DNA of 64,000 bases, from assembly GCA_905198155.1 (NCBI GenBank), contig CAJKBQ010000004.1:28875-92874 (forward strand). The letters run 5' to 3'. The position numbers were made by a program, and so were the translations under genes. Under the pieces are notes generated by a model. That model made no database searches. It was given only the letters and a program-made list of their open reading frames with translations, and had not been told where the DNA came from. Shown one piece after another: positions 38,033 to 48,367 of this stretch; position 1 is the stretch's first letter, and every line of letters starts with the position of its first letter. The DNA comes from an uncultured Eubacteriales bacterium (GTDB lineage: Bacteria; Bacillota; Clostridia; Oscillospirales; Acutalibacteraceae).

Positions 38033-38718
38033 TTATACCCCTGTCCCCATACCGTCAGAATATGCCGCGGCGACGACGGGTCGCGCTCAATCTTCATCCG
38101 CAGGCGCCGCATATTTACGTCCACAATCTTGTCCTCGCCCACATAGGCATCGCCCCAAATATACTGCAAAATATATGTGCGCAGCAAAGTTTTGCCGACG
38201 TTCCGGAAGAACAGTTCCATCATTTGCAGTTCCACCTGCGTCAGGTCAATCAACCGGCCGGCCTGACGCAGCTCGCGGCTGCGCATATCCAGTACATATT
38301 CGCCGGACGTCAGTACGCTGGTCTTTCGGCGCGTCACGGTCGCCGACATCGACTCCACACGGCGATGCAGCGCATCCACACGGGCAATCAGCTCCGACGG
38401 CGAAAACGGCTTTGCCACGTAGTCGTCCGCACCCTGCATCAGTCCGCTGACCTTGTCGATCTCCTGCGTTTTAGCCGTCAGCATGATGATTCCAATGGTG
38501 TTATTCTGGCTGCGAATCTCGCGGCACACCGTCAGCCCGTCGATTCCCGGCAGCATAATATCCAGCACGGCAATATCGAACTGCTCACTGTTCCGGATGA
38601 GCGCCAATGCTTCTTCCCCGCTCGCCGCCTCCACGGTAGTGTACCCGGCGCGCTGCAAATTAAATACAACGAAATCCCGGATCGATTCCTCATCCTCCAA
38701 TACCAACACGCGCTTCAT
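38020..38718 (-). CDS. OmpR-family response regulator.
   Basis: REC domain (MKRVLVLEDEES...) plus a winged helix. Confidence 0.85.
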   Translation of the reverse strand: MKRVLVLEDEESIRDFVVFNLQRAGYTTVEAASGEEALALIRNSEQFDIAVLDIMLPGIDGLTVCREIRSQNNTIGIIMLTAKTQEIDKVSGLMQGADDYVAKPFSPSELIARVDALHRRVESMSATVTRRKTSVLTSGEYVLDMRSRELRQAGRLIDLTQVELQMMELFFRNVGKTLLRTYILQYIWGDAYVGEDKIVDVNMRRLRMKIERDPSSPRHILTVWGQGYKWQE

Positions 38719-38729
38719 TCTTTCGTCTC

Positions 38730-40142
38730 CTATTCGTTCAAGATCACGCAGTTCGTCAGCGTATCTAGGTGCAGCCGTTCGCGCCACACGGCCTGCTTTT
38801 CCGGCGTCAGCTCCGGCGACAATGCAAGCACATACACCGTGTCGTCCGTCGATTGCAGCAGCTGTCCCGGCGATTTTGACCCGCTCTGCGCGCGCTCAAA
38901 AGCCGCTTTCGTCATCGGCCGAACGGTCAAAACTTCAATGCCGCTGATCGCGTCAAAAAATATAATTGCACTGCTTTTTTCGTCGTACTTAAAATACAGA
39001 TTCTGAATCCACTCCAATGCACCGTTGTTCATATTCAGCCGCAGCGCATATTCAGGCGTTTGAACCGTATACAATGCCGTTTGAGCCGAATTCGACGCTA
39101 CCAGATGCACCCATGTGGTGTAATATTCGCCCTGCGTTCCCACCGTCTGCGCAGGCAACGCCGGTGCATCCGTTTTCCCGGTCGCCGGGCGTATACAATA
39201 TCGCGGAATCGGAAATTCAAGCGTGCCGTCATTGTCGATGTCGCGGCACAAATCAGTCCCTTCGCGCACCGAGACGGTACGGCTGATCTTTTCGCCGCCC
39301 AACATTCCAAAGTCCACCAGGCACAGCCGCCCGCTGATGATATCCCAATACACAATCTCCGTCTGCATCAATTCGGCATTCTTGACTTCGTCAATGCAGA
39401 CTCCGTGCGCGACGGGAATGCCGTTGCGGAACGGCCAGATTTGTCCGACCTGGATCGCCGCATACGAAATGATATCGCCGTCCAGCTGAACCGCGCCGGC
39501 TTCGCGCATCCGGCCGGTGGTACTGTTTCGTTTCAGCAGCCGCCCGGTCGCGGTCATGTCGGTCGCGCTGAACGAGACGGTAAACAATTCGGGATTCCCA
39601 TCGACGTCCAAATCCGTCACAAGCATTTCCGTATATGCAAATTCGGTGCTGGCCTGTACGAGCCGGTCGTTCGCGTAATAGTACACCGCGCCCAGTTTGT
39701 CCCGGCTGCGCATATTCCACCCGATCAGGATGTTGAGCTGTTCGGTTTCGTCGAACCGCGTGAGAAGGACCTGCTCCACGTCCACGCCGGGGCCGGTGAT
39801 ATCGCCCGTCACGCGCCACTCCCCGTTTATCGCGTCCAGCACGATCATATGCATTTCGCTGTTTTCATTTTTCATCCGGCAAAACGCCAGCGCCTCGTCG
39901 ATTCCGTCGGAATCCAAATCCACCAGCGTGATGGCCGAGCGATATTGCCCTGACCGCGGGTATTTTAATGTGAATCCGCTCCCGGCGTATGCCGTCAACG
40001 TATGCTGAATTTCCGACTGTACCCCCGTCTTCTGCGGCGGCGTCAGCCAGTCTTCCATATCCAGATTGCCCGCACACCCCGTCAGCAGCATCAGCATCGC
40101 CAACAGCACGGCCGCGTACAGCCGCTGTTTTTGCTTGCGCAT
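38730..40142 (-). CDS. Lipoprotein with FG-GAP/VCBS-like DxDxDG repeats.
   Basis: Lipobox LLTGCAG. Repeats DLDSDGIDE, DLDVDGNPE and DIDNDGTLE. Confidence 0.6.
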   Translation of the reverse strand: MRKQKQRLYAAVLLAMLMLLTGCAGNLDMEDWLTPPQKTGVQSEIQHTLTAYAGSGFTLKYPRSGQYRSAITLVDLDSDGIDEALAFCRMKNENSEMHMIVLDAINGEWRVTGDITGPGVDVEQVLLTRFDETEQLNILIGWNMRSRDKLGAVYYYANDRLVQASTEFAYTEMLVTDLDVDGNPELFTVSFSATDMTATGRLLKRNSTTGRMREAGAVQLDGDIISYAAIQVGQIWPFRNGIPVAHGVCIDEVKNAELMQTEIVYWDIISGRLCLVDFGMLGGEKISRTVSVREGTDLCRDIDNDGTLEFPIPRYCIRPATGKTDAPALPAQTVGTQGEYYTTWVHLVASNSAQTALYTVQTPEYALRLNMNNGALEWIQNLYFKYDEKSSAIIFFDAISGIEVLTVRPMTKAAFERAQSGSKSPGQLLQSTDDTVYVLALSPELTPEKQAVWRERLHLDTLTNCVILNE

Positions 40143-40322
40143 CCCGTTCCTCCTTCCGGTTTTCGATGTTTCTTACATTATAGCACAAATGGGACACAGA
40201 ACGCAACCGATTTTTCGGAATTCAACGGAAATTCACAATTTTCGTGTAAAAGTATTGCATCCGCCGCCGAAACATGATAGAATAAGCAGCAGGAATTCAA
40301 TCGTAAAGGAGTTATCCCGATT

Positions 40323-41087
40323 ATGTTATTCGATCAAGGCATAAACCAACCCAAAGTGCTGGCCCAGGTGGGCGGCAAAACCATCACCAGTGCGGACGTG
40401 GACGCGATGATCGCGTCGATGGGATCGCGCGGGCAAAACTACCAGTCCCCGCAGGGGCGCGCCGCCGTGCTGGAACAGCTGATCGGCCGGCAGCTGATTC
40501 TGACGGACGCCAAGCGCAACCTGATGGACCGCGAGCCGGGGTATCTGGCGGAGCTGGACCGCGTGAAAGACGAACTGCTGGCCGGTTACGCCATTGAAAA
40601 GCTGATGAGCAAGATCACCGTCACCGAAACGGACGCACGGAAGTTTTACGACGAAAATCCGTCGATGTTTCAGTCCGGCGAAACGGTCAACGCCAGCCAC
40701 ATCCTGGTAGACACCGAAGACGAAGCCAACGCGCTGCTGACGAAGCTGGACGCCGGCGAACTGACGTTTGAAGAAGCGGCCAAAGCGCACAGCAAGTGCC
40801 CGTCGGCGGAGCAGGGCGGTTCGCTCGGCGAATTCGGCAAAGGCCAGATGGTACCGGAATTTGACCAGGCGTGCTTTTCGATGACGCCGGGCGAAATCAA
40901 AGGGCCGGTCAAAACGCAGTTTGGGTATCACATCATCCGCCTGAACAGCAAAAGCGACGCCAAACCGCTGACGTTCGACGATGTCAAGGAGCAGATTATC
41001 CAGCACCTGACCGCGCAGAAGCAGTCCGAAGCGTACCAGAGCAAAGTCAATCAGCTGAAAATTCTGTACCCGGTGGACAAGTTCTGA
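40323..41087 (+). CDS. Parvulin-type peptidylprolyl isomerase (PrsA/SurA-like).
   Basis: PPIC domain ...HILV...GGSLGEFGKGQMVPEFD...GYHIIRL. Promoter TTGCAT-17-TAGAAT upstream. Confidence 0.8.
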   Translation: MLFDQGINQPKVLAQVGGKTITSADVDAMIASMGSRGQNYQSPQGRAAVLEQLIGRQLILTDAKRNLMDREPGYLAELDRVKDELLAGYAIEKLMSKITVTETDARKFYDENPSMFQSGETVNASHILVDTEDEANALLTKLDAGELTFEEAAKAHSKCPSAEQGGSLGEFGKGQMVPEFDQACFSMTPGEIKGPVKTQFGYHIIRLNSKSDAKPLTFDDVKEQIIQHLTAQKQSEAYQSKVNQLKILYPVDKF

Positions 41088-41165
41088 TTCTCAGTTCGTA
41101 AAAAATACGGTTCACTAATAAAAGTTGAGATCGCGTTTTCGCCACCCCAACTTTTGTTAGTGAAC

Positions 41166-41208
41166 CCAAAAAAGATTGGGGTGCACCTTCCTGCACCCCA
41201 ATTTTTTT
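41166..41208. terminator. Bidirectional rho-independent terminator.
   Basis: TTGGGGTGCA-ccttcc-TGCACCCCAA flanked by A7 and T7. Confidence 0.75.
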
Positions 41209-41215
41209 GAATAGT

Positions 41216-42172
41216 TTAATAAAATGTCGCGACCTCTTCCTCCGGCGCAGACGTCTGCGCCACGGACTGAATCGTCAGCACCGGGCCTTTGCGGCCGTAA
41301 CCTTTGTGATATTTGGTGTTGACCGTCGCCGTCACCATCACCCAATCGCGCTGTTTGAGCGTCGCCGCGGATGCCGGATCCCACACGCACAGCAGCCCCG
41401 CGTATGTGATATCCGCTTCGCAGCACGTCATCACATGGCGTCCCGCCGCAAAGCATCCCTTCGGCAGTTTGGCGTTGGTTGCGACCAGTCCGCGGAAATG
41501 GACGGTTTTGCCTTCGTAATTGGCCGGGTTTTCGGACAGATCACGGTACCACACGGCATAATCCGTATCCTTGATCTCGATCACCGACGCATTCAAGTCA
41601 AACGGCAGCGGATCCTCGATCTCGTCGTACTCCACATGGTCGTTGCCGTAGTCAAACGCGATGTCGCACCGGCGGTTGGACGTACGGACGATTTTGTGGA
41701 TCGTCAGCTTGTCGCCATCCATCTCGGCACGGAACCGGTTCAGCACCAGCAGTTCGCAGCTTTTCAATTTGTCCACCATCAGGCTGCGCATATTGGCGTT
41801 GTAGTTGAGGAACGTAGACGCATCCGCAAACATGAACTCCTGATACACCGCCCAGTTTTCCGGCAGGTTCTGGTACAGGGAATCCAGCATCCACATTCCG
41901 TTGTATTCAATCACCACGCGGCGGGCATTGTGTTTTTTCAGCAGCGCGGTCAGATGTTCGCGGTTGAGGTCGCTTTCCTCCTCCACCAGCTCCAAAAACA
42001 CGTTCGGCGACGCGAAGGAGTCGGGGGTGTATTCCTCGACGCCTTCTTCGCACACCAGCAGCAGCGTCCGCTCGCCTTTGCCGTTGAAGCGCTTGTCTTC
42101 GAGCGTTTCCTGAATGAATTTCGTCTTGCCGGACTCCAAAAAGCCCGTAAACAGGTAAACCGGGATATCCAT
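41216..42172 (-). CDS. P-loop GTPase-like protein (G3E/CobW-like N-terminus) with a C-terminal domain of unknown function.
   Basis: Walker A GFLESGKTK. No CxCC motif. Cys-rich C-terminus (HVMTCCE). Confidence 0.45.
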   Translation of the reverse strand: MDIPVYLFTGFLESGKTKFIQETLEDKRFNGKGERTLLLVCEEGVEEYTPDSFASPNVFLELVEEESDLNREHLTALLKKHNARRVVIEYNGMWMLDSLYQNLPENWAVYQEFMFADASTFLNYNANMRSLMVDKLKSCELLVLNRFRAEMDGDKLTIHKIVRTSNRRCDIAFDYGNDHVEYDEIEDPLPFDLNASVIEIKDTDYAVWYRDLSENPANYEGKTVHFRGLVATNAKLPKGCFAAGRHVMTCCEADITYAGLLCVWDPASAATLKQRDWVMVTATVNTKYHKGYGRKGPVLTIQSVAQTSAPEEEVATFY

Positions 42173-42200
42173 ACAATCATTTCTCCTCAAAATCCGGGAA

Positions 42201-43379
42201 TTACACGCGGAACAGCGCCCGGACGGCGTCCTCGTTCAGCTTGGAGCCGATCACGCACAGGCGGCCAGTGACGTCTGCCGCACCATGCCTCACATTGGCT
42301 TCGCCCGGCACATAGTCGAAGTGAATCCACTGGCCGTCGGTGCCCGCCACAATGCCTTTGGCACGCAGCACCGCGCCGTATTTTTCGCTGTCGTCCAGCT
42401 GCGCCAGCATCTCGCGCAGTTCGGCTTCGGTGAATTTGCGGGTCGTTTCTTCGCCCCAGCTGGTGAACACCTCGTCCGCGTGGTGATGATGGTGGTGATG
42501 GTGCTCATGCTCATGGTCATGATCTTCGTGCTCATGGTCATGATCGTGACCGCAGCAGCAATGCTCGTCGTCATCATCGTCATCGTCGTGGTGATGATGC
42601 TCGTGCTCGTGTTCATGCTCGTCATCATCGTCGTCATGATGGTGGTGATGATGATGTTCATGCTCGTGCGCATCGTCATCATGATCGTGATGGTGATGGC
42701 ACCCGCATTCCGAATCGTCGCACTCGTCATCGTCATGGTCATGCGCCGCTTCTTCCGCCAGGTGCGCCAGCTCGGCGTCCAGCGTCGATTTATGCTCCAT
42801 GCTGGCCAAAATCTGTTTGCCGTCCAGCTGATCCCACGGCGTGGTAATCACGGTCGCCTTGGTGTTGTGTTCCCGCAGCAGGCTCACGCACGCCGCGAGC
42901 TTTTCGTCGGACATTCCGTCGGTGCGGCTGAGTACAATCGAATTGGCAAACTCTACCTGGTTGTTGAAGAATTCGCCGAAATTCTTCATATACATCTTGC
43001 ACTTGGTCGCGTCCACCACAGTGGTGAAACTGTTGAGTACCACGTGATCCATGTGCAGCCCCTGCACCGCGCGAATCACGTCGCTCAGCTTGCCGACGCC
43101 GGACGGTTCGATCAAAATGCGATCGGGCGCAAACTGATCCATCACCTTTTCGAGCGCTTTGCCAAAGTCGCCGACCAGGCTGCAGCAAATGCAGCCGGAG
43201 TTCATTTCGGTAATCTGAATCCCGGCTTCTTTCAAAAACCCGCCGTCGATCCCGATTTCGCCGAATTCGTTTTCGATCAGTACCAGTTTCTCCCCGGCGT
43301 AAGCCTCTTGAATCAGCTTTTTAATCAGCGTCGTTTTTCCAGCGCCCAAAAAGCCGGAGAAAATATCAATCTTTGTCAT
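42201..43379 (-). CDS. COG0523 (CobW/YciC/ZigA-type) G3E GTPase with a ~90-aa His/Asp/Glu-rich insert.
   Basis: Walker A GFLGAGKTT. CxCC (GCICCS). His-rich tract at aa ~241-330 (nt 42477-42746). Confidence 0.8.
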   Translation of the reverse strand: MTKIDIFSGFLGAGKTTLIKKLIQEAYAGEKLVLIENEFGEIGIDGGFLKEAGIQITEMNSGCICCSLVGDFGKALEKVMDQFAPDRILIEPSGVGKLSDVIRAVQGLHMDHVVLNSFTTVVDATKCKMYMKNFGEFFNNQVEFANSIVLSRTDGMSDEKLAACVSLLREHNTKATVITTPWDQLDGKQILASMEHKSTLDAELAHLAEEAAHDHDDDECDDSECGCHHHHDHDDDAHEHEHHHHHHHDDDDDEHEHEHEHHHHDDDDDDDEHCCCGHDHDHEHEDHDHEHEHHHHHHHHADEVFTSWGEETTRKFTEAELREMLAQLDDSEKYGAVLRAKGIVAGTDGQWIHFDYVPGEANVRHGAADVTGRLCVIGSKLNEDAVRALFRV

Positions 43380-43471
43380 AGTAAAACGCATCCTTTCGTC
43401 TGTTGCATCGCAGAAACGCGCAAAAGCAGATCGGAGCGGCTGCAAAAACGAACCGTCCGTCTGCAAATCGT

Positions 43472-44623
43472 TTAGCTGAACATATCCTTAATCGTATTGA
43501 AAAAGCCTTTGCGCTTTTGGTAATTGCGGTCGTTGGACAGTTCGTCAAGCTGGCGGAGGCATTCTTTCTGCTTTTCCGTCAGATTTTTCGGCACTTCCAC
43601 CGTCACTTTTACATATTGGTCGCCGCGCACGCGCGTATTGATCCCGGTAATGCCTTTGCCTTTCAGCTTGAACACATCGCCCGGCTGCGTCCCTTCGTGG
43701 ACGCGATAGCTGACCTTGCCGTCCAGCGTCGGCACCACGATCTCCGCGCCCAGCGCCGCCTGCGTAAACGTGATCGGCACTTCGCACCACACGTCGTTGC
43801 CGCGCCGCTCGAACAGCGGATGCGGACGCACGTTGACGCCCACAATCAAATTCCCCGCGGGGCCGCCATTTGCGCCGGCATCGCCGTGATTGGCAACGCT
43901 GATCATCTGCCCGTCGGCGATCCCGGCCGGGACATTGATCTCAACTTTGCGCGACCGGCGAATCCGGCCGGAACCGGAGCAGGTGCGGCACGGACTGTCA
44001 ATTACCTTGCCGGTGCCGTGGCACTTGTCGCACGGCGCCTGGGTGCGCACCGTACCGAACGGCGTCCGCTGGTTCACCACCACCTGGCCGCTGCCGCCGC
44101 ACGCAGTACAGGTTTTGGGCTGCGTGCCTTTTGCCGCGCCGGAACCGCCGCAGTCGGGGCATTCGTCGATGCAGCTGTACGCTACCGTTTTTTTGCAGCC
44201 TTTGGCCGCTTCTTCAAACGTGATGGTAATTTGTGCTTCGGTGTCGCGGCCGCGGCGCGGCGCATTGGATCGCGCACGGCTGCTGCCGCCAAATCCGCCG
44301 CCAAATCCGCCGAATCCGCCGAAAATGCTGCCGAAAATATCGTCGATATCAACGCCGCCGGTATAACCGCCGCCTGCGCCCGCCCCAAAGTTCGGATCCA
44401 CGCCCGCATGGCCGAACTGGTCGTACCGTGCACGCTTGTCTTTGTCCGATAGCACTTCGTACGCTTCGTTGACTTCCTTAAATTTCTGCTCGGCCGTTTT
44501 ATCCCCCGGGTTGAGATCCGGATGATATTTTTTTGCCAGCGACCGATATGCTTTTTTGATTTCGTCCTCCGAGGCGTCGCGGGATACGCCCATCACCTCG
44601 TAGTAATCTCGTTTTTCTGCCAA
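43472..44623 (-). CDS. dnaJ: Molecular chaperone DnaJ.
   Basis: J domain (HPD). G/F-rich region. Four CxxCxGxG repeats. A TTG start (MAEKRDYY) with a GGGAG RBS is more likely than the GTG at 44632. Confidence 0.9.
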   Translation of the reverse strand: MAEKRDYYEVMGVSRDASEDEIKKAYRSLAKKYHPDLNPGDKTAEQKFKEVNEAYEVLSDKDKRARYDQFGHAGVDPNFGAGAGGGYTGGVDIDDIFGSIFGGFGGFGGGFGGSSRARSNAPRRGRDTEAQITITFEEAAKGCKKTVAYSCIDECPDCGGSGAAKGTQPKTCTACGGSGQVVVNQRTPFGTVRTQAPCDKCHGTGKVIDSPCRTCSGSGRIRRSRKVEINVPAGIADGQMISVANHGDAGANGGPAGNLIVGVNVRPHPLFERRGNDVWCEVPITFTQAALGAEIVVPTLDGKVSYRVHEGTQPGDVFKLKGKGITGINTRVRGDQYVKVTVEVPKNLTEKQKECLRQLDELSNDRNYQKRKGFFNTIKDMFS

Positions 44624-44708
44624 GGGTATCACTCCCGTAATTCGATCACAAGATCAGACGGAGGAAGGCGCGTGCCTGCCCCCGTCTGATCGTCAACGCT
44701 TCGGACAA

Positions 44709-46556
44709 TCAGTGCGTGCCGTTGTCGTCCACGTCTTTATAGTCTGCGTCATACACGCCGTCCGCCGCAGCGCCCGCCGCGTTCCCGGCATCCGTCGGCG
44801 CACCCTGCGCACCGGCCGCAGCCTGCGTGTTCTTCATGACTTTTTCATACGCCGCGTAGAACACCTTTTTCAGCTCTTCGGTCGCCGAATTGATGCGATC
44901 CATATCGTCGCCTTTGAGCGCTTCCTTGGCGGCGTTGAGTTTCGCTTCGATCTCGGTCTTTTCGTCGGCCGGAACCTTGTCGCCCAGCTCTTCGAGCGAT
45001 TTTTCGGTCGAAAGCACCAGCGCTTCGGCCGCATTGCGCGCATCGACGGCTTCGCGGCGTTTCTTGTCTTCCTCCGCGTACTGCTCGGCTTCGCGCACCG
45101 CCTTGTCAACGTCCTCCTTGCTCATGTTCGTGTTGGACGTGATGGTGATGCTCTGCTCCTTGCCGGTGCCCAGTTCCTTGGCGGACACATGGACAATGCC
45201 GTTGGAGTCGATGTCGAACGTCACTTCGATCTGCGGCACACCGCTGCGCGCCGCCGGAATGCCGTCCAGGTGGAACATCCCGAGCGTCTTGTTGTCTTTC
45301 GCGAATTCACGCTCGCCTTGCAGCACATGAACCTCTACGGAAGTCTGGCCGTCCACCGCCGTGGTGAAGATTTGGCTCTTCTTGGTCGGGATGGTGGTGT
45401 TGCGCTCGATGATCTTGGTGGTCACGCCGCCCTTGGTCTCAACGCCCAGCGACAGCGGGGTCACATCCAGCAGCAGCAGTCCTTTGACTTCGCCGCCGAG
45501 CACACCGGCTTGCAGCGCCGCACCGATGGCCACGCACTCGTCGGGGTTAATGCCTTTGAACGGCTCTTTGCCGGTCATCTTGCGCACGGTGTCAATGACA
45601 GCCGGAATACGGGACGAACCGCCCACCATCAGCACCTTGTCGATATCGGAGAATTGCAGTCCGGAGTCGGACAGCACCTGCTTCACCGGGCCGACAGTCT
45701 TCTGAACGAGATCTGCGGTCAGCTCGTCAAACTTCGCGCGCGACAGCGTCATATCCAGGTGTTTCGGGCCGGTCGCATCCGCCGTAATGAACGGCAGGTT
45801 GATCTGCGAGCTGGTCACGCCGGACAGCTCAATCTTCGCTTTTTCAGCCGCTTCCTTCAACCGCTGCATGGCCATTTTGTCGCCGCGCAGGTCAATGCCG
45901 GTTTCGCTGCGGAACCCGTCGCACAGCCAGTCGATGACCTTCTGGTCGAAGTCGTCACCGCCCAGGCGGTTGTTGCCGGCCGTCGCAAGCACTTCCTGCA
46001 CACCGTCGCCCATTTCGATCAGCGAAACATCGAACGTACCGCCGCCGAGGTCGTACACCATGATCTTCTGATCTTTTTCTTTATCGATGCCGTACGACAG
46101 CGCCGCCGCCGTCGGCTCGTTGATAATCCGTTTCACGTCCAGACCGGCAATCTTACCGGCATCCTTCGTCGCCTGGCGCTGCGCATCGGTGAAGTACGCC
46201 GGCACGGTGATAACCGCAGAATCAACCTTTTCGCCGATATACGCTTCGGCATCCGCTTTCAGCTTTTGCAGGATCATCGCAGAGATTTCCTGCGGCGTAT
46301 ATGCTTTGCCGTCGATGTGTACTTTGTAATCGGTGCCCATTTCCCGTTTAATGGACGAAACCGTGCGCTCCGGATTCGTAATGGCCTGGCGTTTTGCCAC
46401 CTGACCCACCATGCGCTCACCGGTTTTCGAGAACGCCACCACAGACGGCGTCGTGCGCGCGCCTTCCGCATTGGGGATGACCACCGGCTCGCCGCCTTCG
46501 ATCACAGCCACACAAGAGTTCGTAGTACCCAGATCAATACCAATCGTTTTCGACAT
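44709..46556 (-). CDS. dnaK: Molecular chaperone DnaK.
   Basis: N-terminus [10 protein letters not shown]. Start at MSKTIGIDL with an RBS GGAGG. Confidence 0.95.
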   Translation of the reverse strand: MSKTIGIDLGTTNSCVAVIEGGEPVVIPNAEGARTTPSVVAFSKTGERMVGQVAKRQAITNPERTVSSIKREMGTDYKVHIDGKAYTPQEISAMILQKLKADAEAYIGEKVDSAVITVPAYFTDAQRQATKDAGKIAGLDVKRIINEPTAAALSYGIDKEKDQKIMVYDLGGGTFDVSLIEMGDGVQEVLATAGNNRLGGDDFDQKVIDWLCDGFRSETGIDLRGDKMAMQRLKEAAEKAKIELSGVTSSQINLPFITADATGPKHLDMTLSRAKFDELTADLVQKTVGPVKQVLSDSGLQFSDIDKVLMVGGSSRIPAVIDTVRKMTGKEPFKGINPDECVAIGAALQAGVLGGEVKGLLLLDVTPLSLGVETKGGVTTKIIERNTTIPTKKSQIFTTAVDGQTSVEVHVLQGEREFAKDNKTLGMFHLDGIPAARSGVPQIEVTFDIDSNGIVHVSAKELGTGKEQSITITSNTNMSKEDVDKAVREAEQYAEEDKKRREAVDARNAAEALVLSTEKSLEELGDKVPADEKTEIEAKLNAAKEALKGDDMDRINSATEELKKVFYAAYEKVMKNTQAAAGAQGAPTDAGNAAGAAADGVYDADYKDVDDNGTH

Positions 46557-46642
46557 AATAAAAACCTCCATTGCATTACGCAAATCATTCAGTAAAAATT
46601 CAAAATCTATCTGAAACCATCGCTTGATGGATTCATGCAAAA

Positions 46643-47215
46643 TCAGTTCGCGACTTTGACCATCGCGTACCGCAGCACCTTGCCGCCGAGCTTGTAACCC
46701 TTTTGCAGCACCTGCACCACGGTATTGTCGCCGGCTGCCTCGTCTTCGACATGCATCACGGCGTTGTGCGCATTGGGATCGAACGGCACATTTTCGGCGT
46801 CGATCGGCTCAATGCTGAGCTTGGTGAACACGTTCTGAATCTGCTGCTGCACCATCGCGATGCCCTTGCGCAGATCCGCTTCGTTTCCCTCGGCCGTCGC
46901 CAGCGCCCGCTCGATGTTGTCAGCCACCGGCAGCAGTTCCTTGACGGTTTCCACCCGGACATTCGCCGCAATCTCACCCATCTCGCGCGCCGTCCGTTTC
47001 CGATAATTGTCGTACTCCGCACGCACCCGCAGGTTCTGGTCTTTCTGCTCCGCCAGCTGGGCTTTCAGCGATTCCAGCTCCGCCTGCATCTGCTGTTCGG
47101 GCGTCGGTTCCGCTTCCGGCTGCTGTGCGGTCTGCGATTCGGCCGCCTCCGCCGCCGCGCACGTTTCTTGCTTATTTTCGGTATCCAAATCCGTCAACTC
47201 CTTATTTCTACTCAT
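46643..47215 (-). CDS. grpE: Nucleotide exchange factor GrpE.
   Basis: GrpE fold. Operon context. Confidence 0.85.
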   Translation of the reverse strand: MSRNKELTDLDTENKQETCAAAEAAESQTAQQPEAEPTPEQQMQAELESLKAQLAEQKDQNLRVRAEYDNYRKRTAREMGEIAANVRVETVKELLPVADNIERALATAEGNEADLRKGIAMVQQQIQNVFTKLSIEPIDAENVPFDPNAHNAVMHVEDEAAGDNTVVQVLQKGYKLGGKVLRYAMVKVAN

Positions 47216-48239
47216 TTCGGAGCATATCCGTCAGCATCTGACTGATTCGCTCAGAAAAATATTCTGCAATTGCGATGATCCGCGGGTAATTCATCCGCGT
47301 CGATCCAATCAGCGCAATCCGTCCGCACGGCGTCCCGTTGATTCGATATCCAACGGACACCACGCTGCAATTCAGCAGCTCCGGCCGGTTCAGCTCTGCG
47401 CCGATCCCAATCCGCAGCCCGCTGCGGCCATCGCCCAGCAGCGCCGCGACGTCCTCCGTCCGGTTCAGGAAGTCCAGCACCGGGCGCATCTGCGTGTCGC
47501 CGTACACGGAATGATCCAGCAGGTTGCCCTGCCCGCCGATGTATACATCGGCCCGCACCGCATCCTGCACGGCCTCCAATATGGCCAGCAGCACCGGCGC
47601 AATCAGGAACACCAGCTCGTCGATCGATGCGGCAATGGACTGAATATACGCCACCGTCAGCTCGTTCAGCGTCCGGCCAATGACCTTTTCGTTCACTAGC
47701 CGCGTAATCACGCGCATCACTTCGGGCGTCAGGTCAAACCCGCAGCGGCATACCCGGTTTTTCAGGATGCCGACCGAAGTCATCAGCACCACCACAGCCG
47801 TCCGGCGGCCAACCGGCACCACCTGCACGCTGTGCACCGTTGTCGATGCGGCGCGCGGCGCGGTGGAAACCGTTGCGCAGTTGGTCAGGAATGCCAGCGA
47901 CCGCACCGCCGTTTCCAGCAAGTGCTCCGGGTCGCTGCCCGACTCCATCAACATGGCGTCGATCGTGCGCTGATCCTTGGCGGACAGCGCCGCTTTTTCC
48001 ATCCGGCTGCCAATGTACATCCGATACCCGGCACCGGTCGGGATCCGTCCGGCGGAAGTGTGCGGCTGTTGAAGCAGCCCCCGTTCTGCCAAGTCGGCCA
48101 TCTCGTTGCGGATGGTTGCGGAGGATACGGTATTGCCCAGCCGCTCGCAAATCATCTTGGAGCCGACCGGTTCACCGGTCCGGATATACGCTTCGACAAC
48201 CGCAGCCAAGATTCGGAGCTTTCGTTCGCCCAACGTCAT
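47208..48239 (-). CDS. hrcA: Heat-inducible transcription repressor HrcA.
   Basis: HrcA N-terminal winged helix. CIRCE upstream. Confidence 0.9.
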   Translation of the reverse strand: MTLGERKLRILAAVVEAYIRTGEPVGSKMICERLGNTVSSATIRNEMADLAERGLLQQPHTSAGRIPTGAGYRMYIGSRMEKAALSAKDQRTIDAMLMESGSDPEHLLETAVRSLAFLTNCATVSTAPRAASTTVHSVQVVPVGRRTAVVVLMTSVGILKNRVCRCGFDLTPEVMRVITRLVNEKVIGRTLNELTVAYIQSIAASIDELVFLIAPVLLAILEAVQDAVRADVYIGGQGNLLDHSVYGDTQMRPVLDFLNRTEDVAALLGDGRSGLRIGIGAELNRPELLNCSVVSVGYRINGTPCGRIALIGSTRMNYPRIIAIAEYFSERISQMLTDMLRNE

Positions 48240-48258
48240 ATCCTCACCTCCATGTTCG

Positions 48259-48285
48259 TTAGCACTCTAACTCATCGAGTGCTAA
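48259..48285. promoter_or_regulatory. CIRCE operator TTAGCACTC-N9-GAGTGCTAA.
   Basis: Perfect consensus inverted repeat immediately downstream of the hrcA promoter. Confidence 0.95.
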
Positions 48286-48294
48286 CATGATAAT

Positions 48295-48323
48295 AATGTA
48301 CCATTTTCTTTGCCATTTGTCAA
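48295..48323 (-). promoter_or_regulatory. hrcA operon sigma-A promoter TTGACA-17-TACATT.
   Basis: Hexamers on the minus strand with 17-nt spacing. Confidence 0.6.
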
Positions 48324-48367
48324 TAGGTCAAGTGTAAACATTTTATGAATTCGCCATTTGCCGCTCA

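Noticed and set aside
42477-42746. Highly repetitive DNA (cat/gtg/atg periodicity) that could be mistaken for a CRISPR or tandem-repeat array.
   Set aside because: It is the in-frame coding sequence of the His/Asp/Glu-rich tract of the COG0523 protein. There is no spacer/repeat structure and no cas genes.
43380-43471. Search for a Zur box upstream of the COG0523 genes.
   Set aside because: No TCGTAAT-n-ATTACGA-like palindrome is visible. Left as unknown.
44623-44632. GTG at 44632 as the dnaJ start.
   Set aside because: The GGGAG RBS abuts it with no spacer. The TTG 9 nt downstream gives the canonical MAEKRDYY N-terminus with 8-nt spacing.
44712-46595. 627-aa plus-strand ORF.
   Set aside because: Antisense to dnaK.
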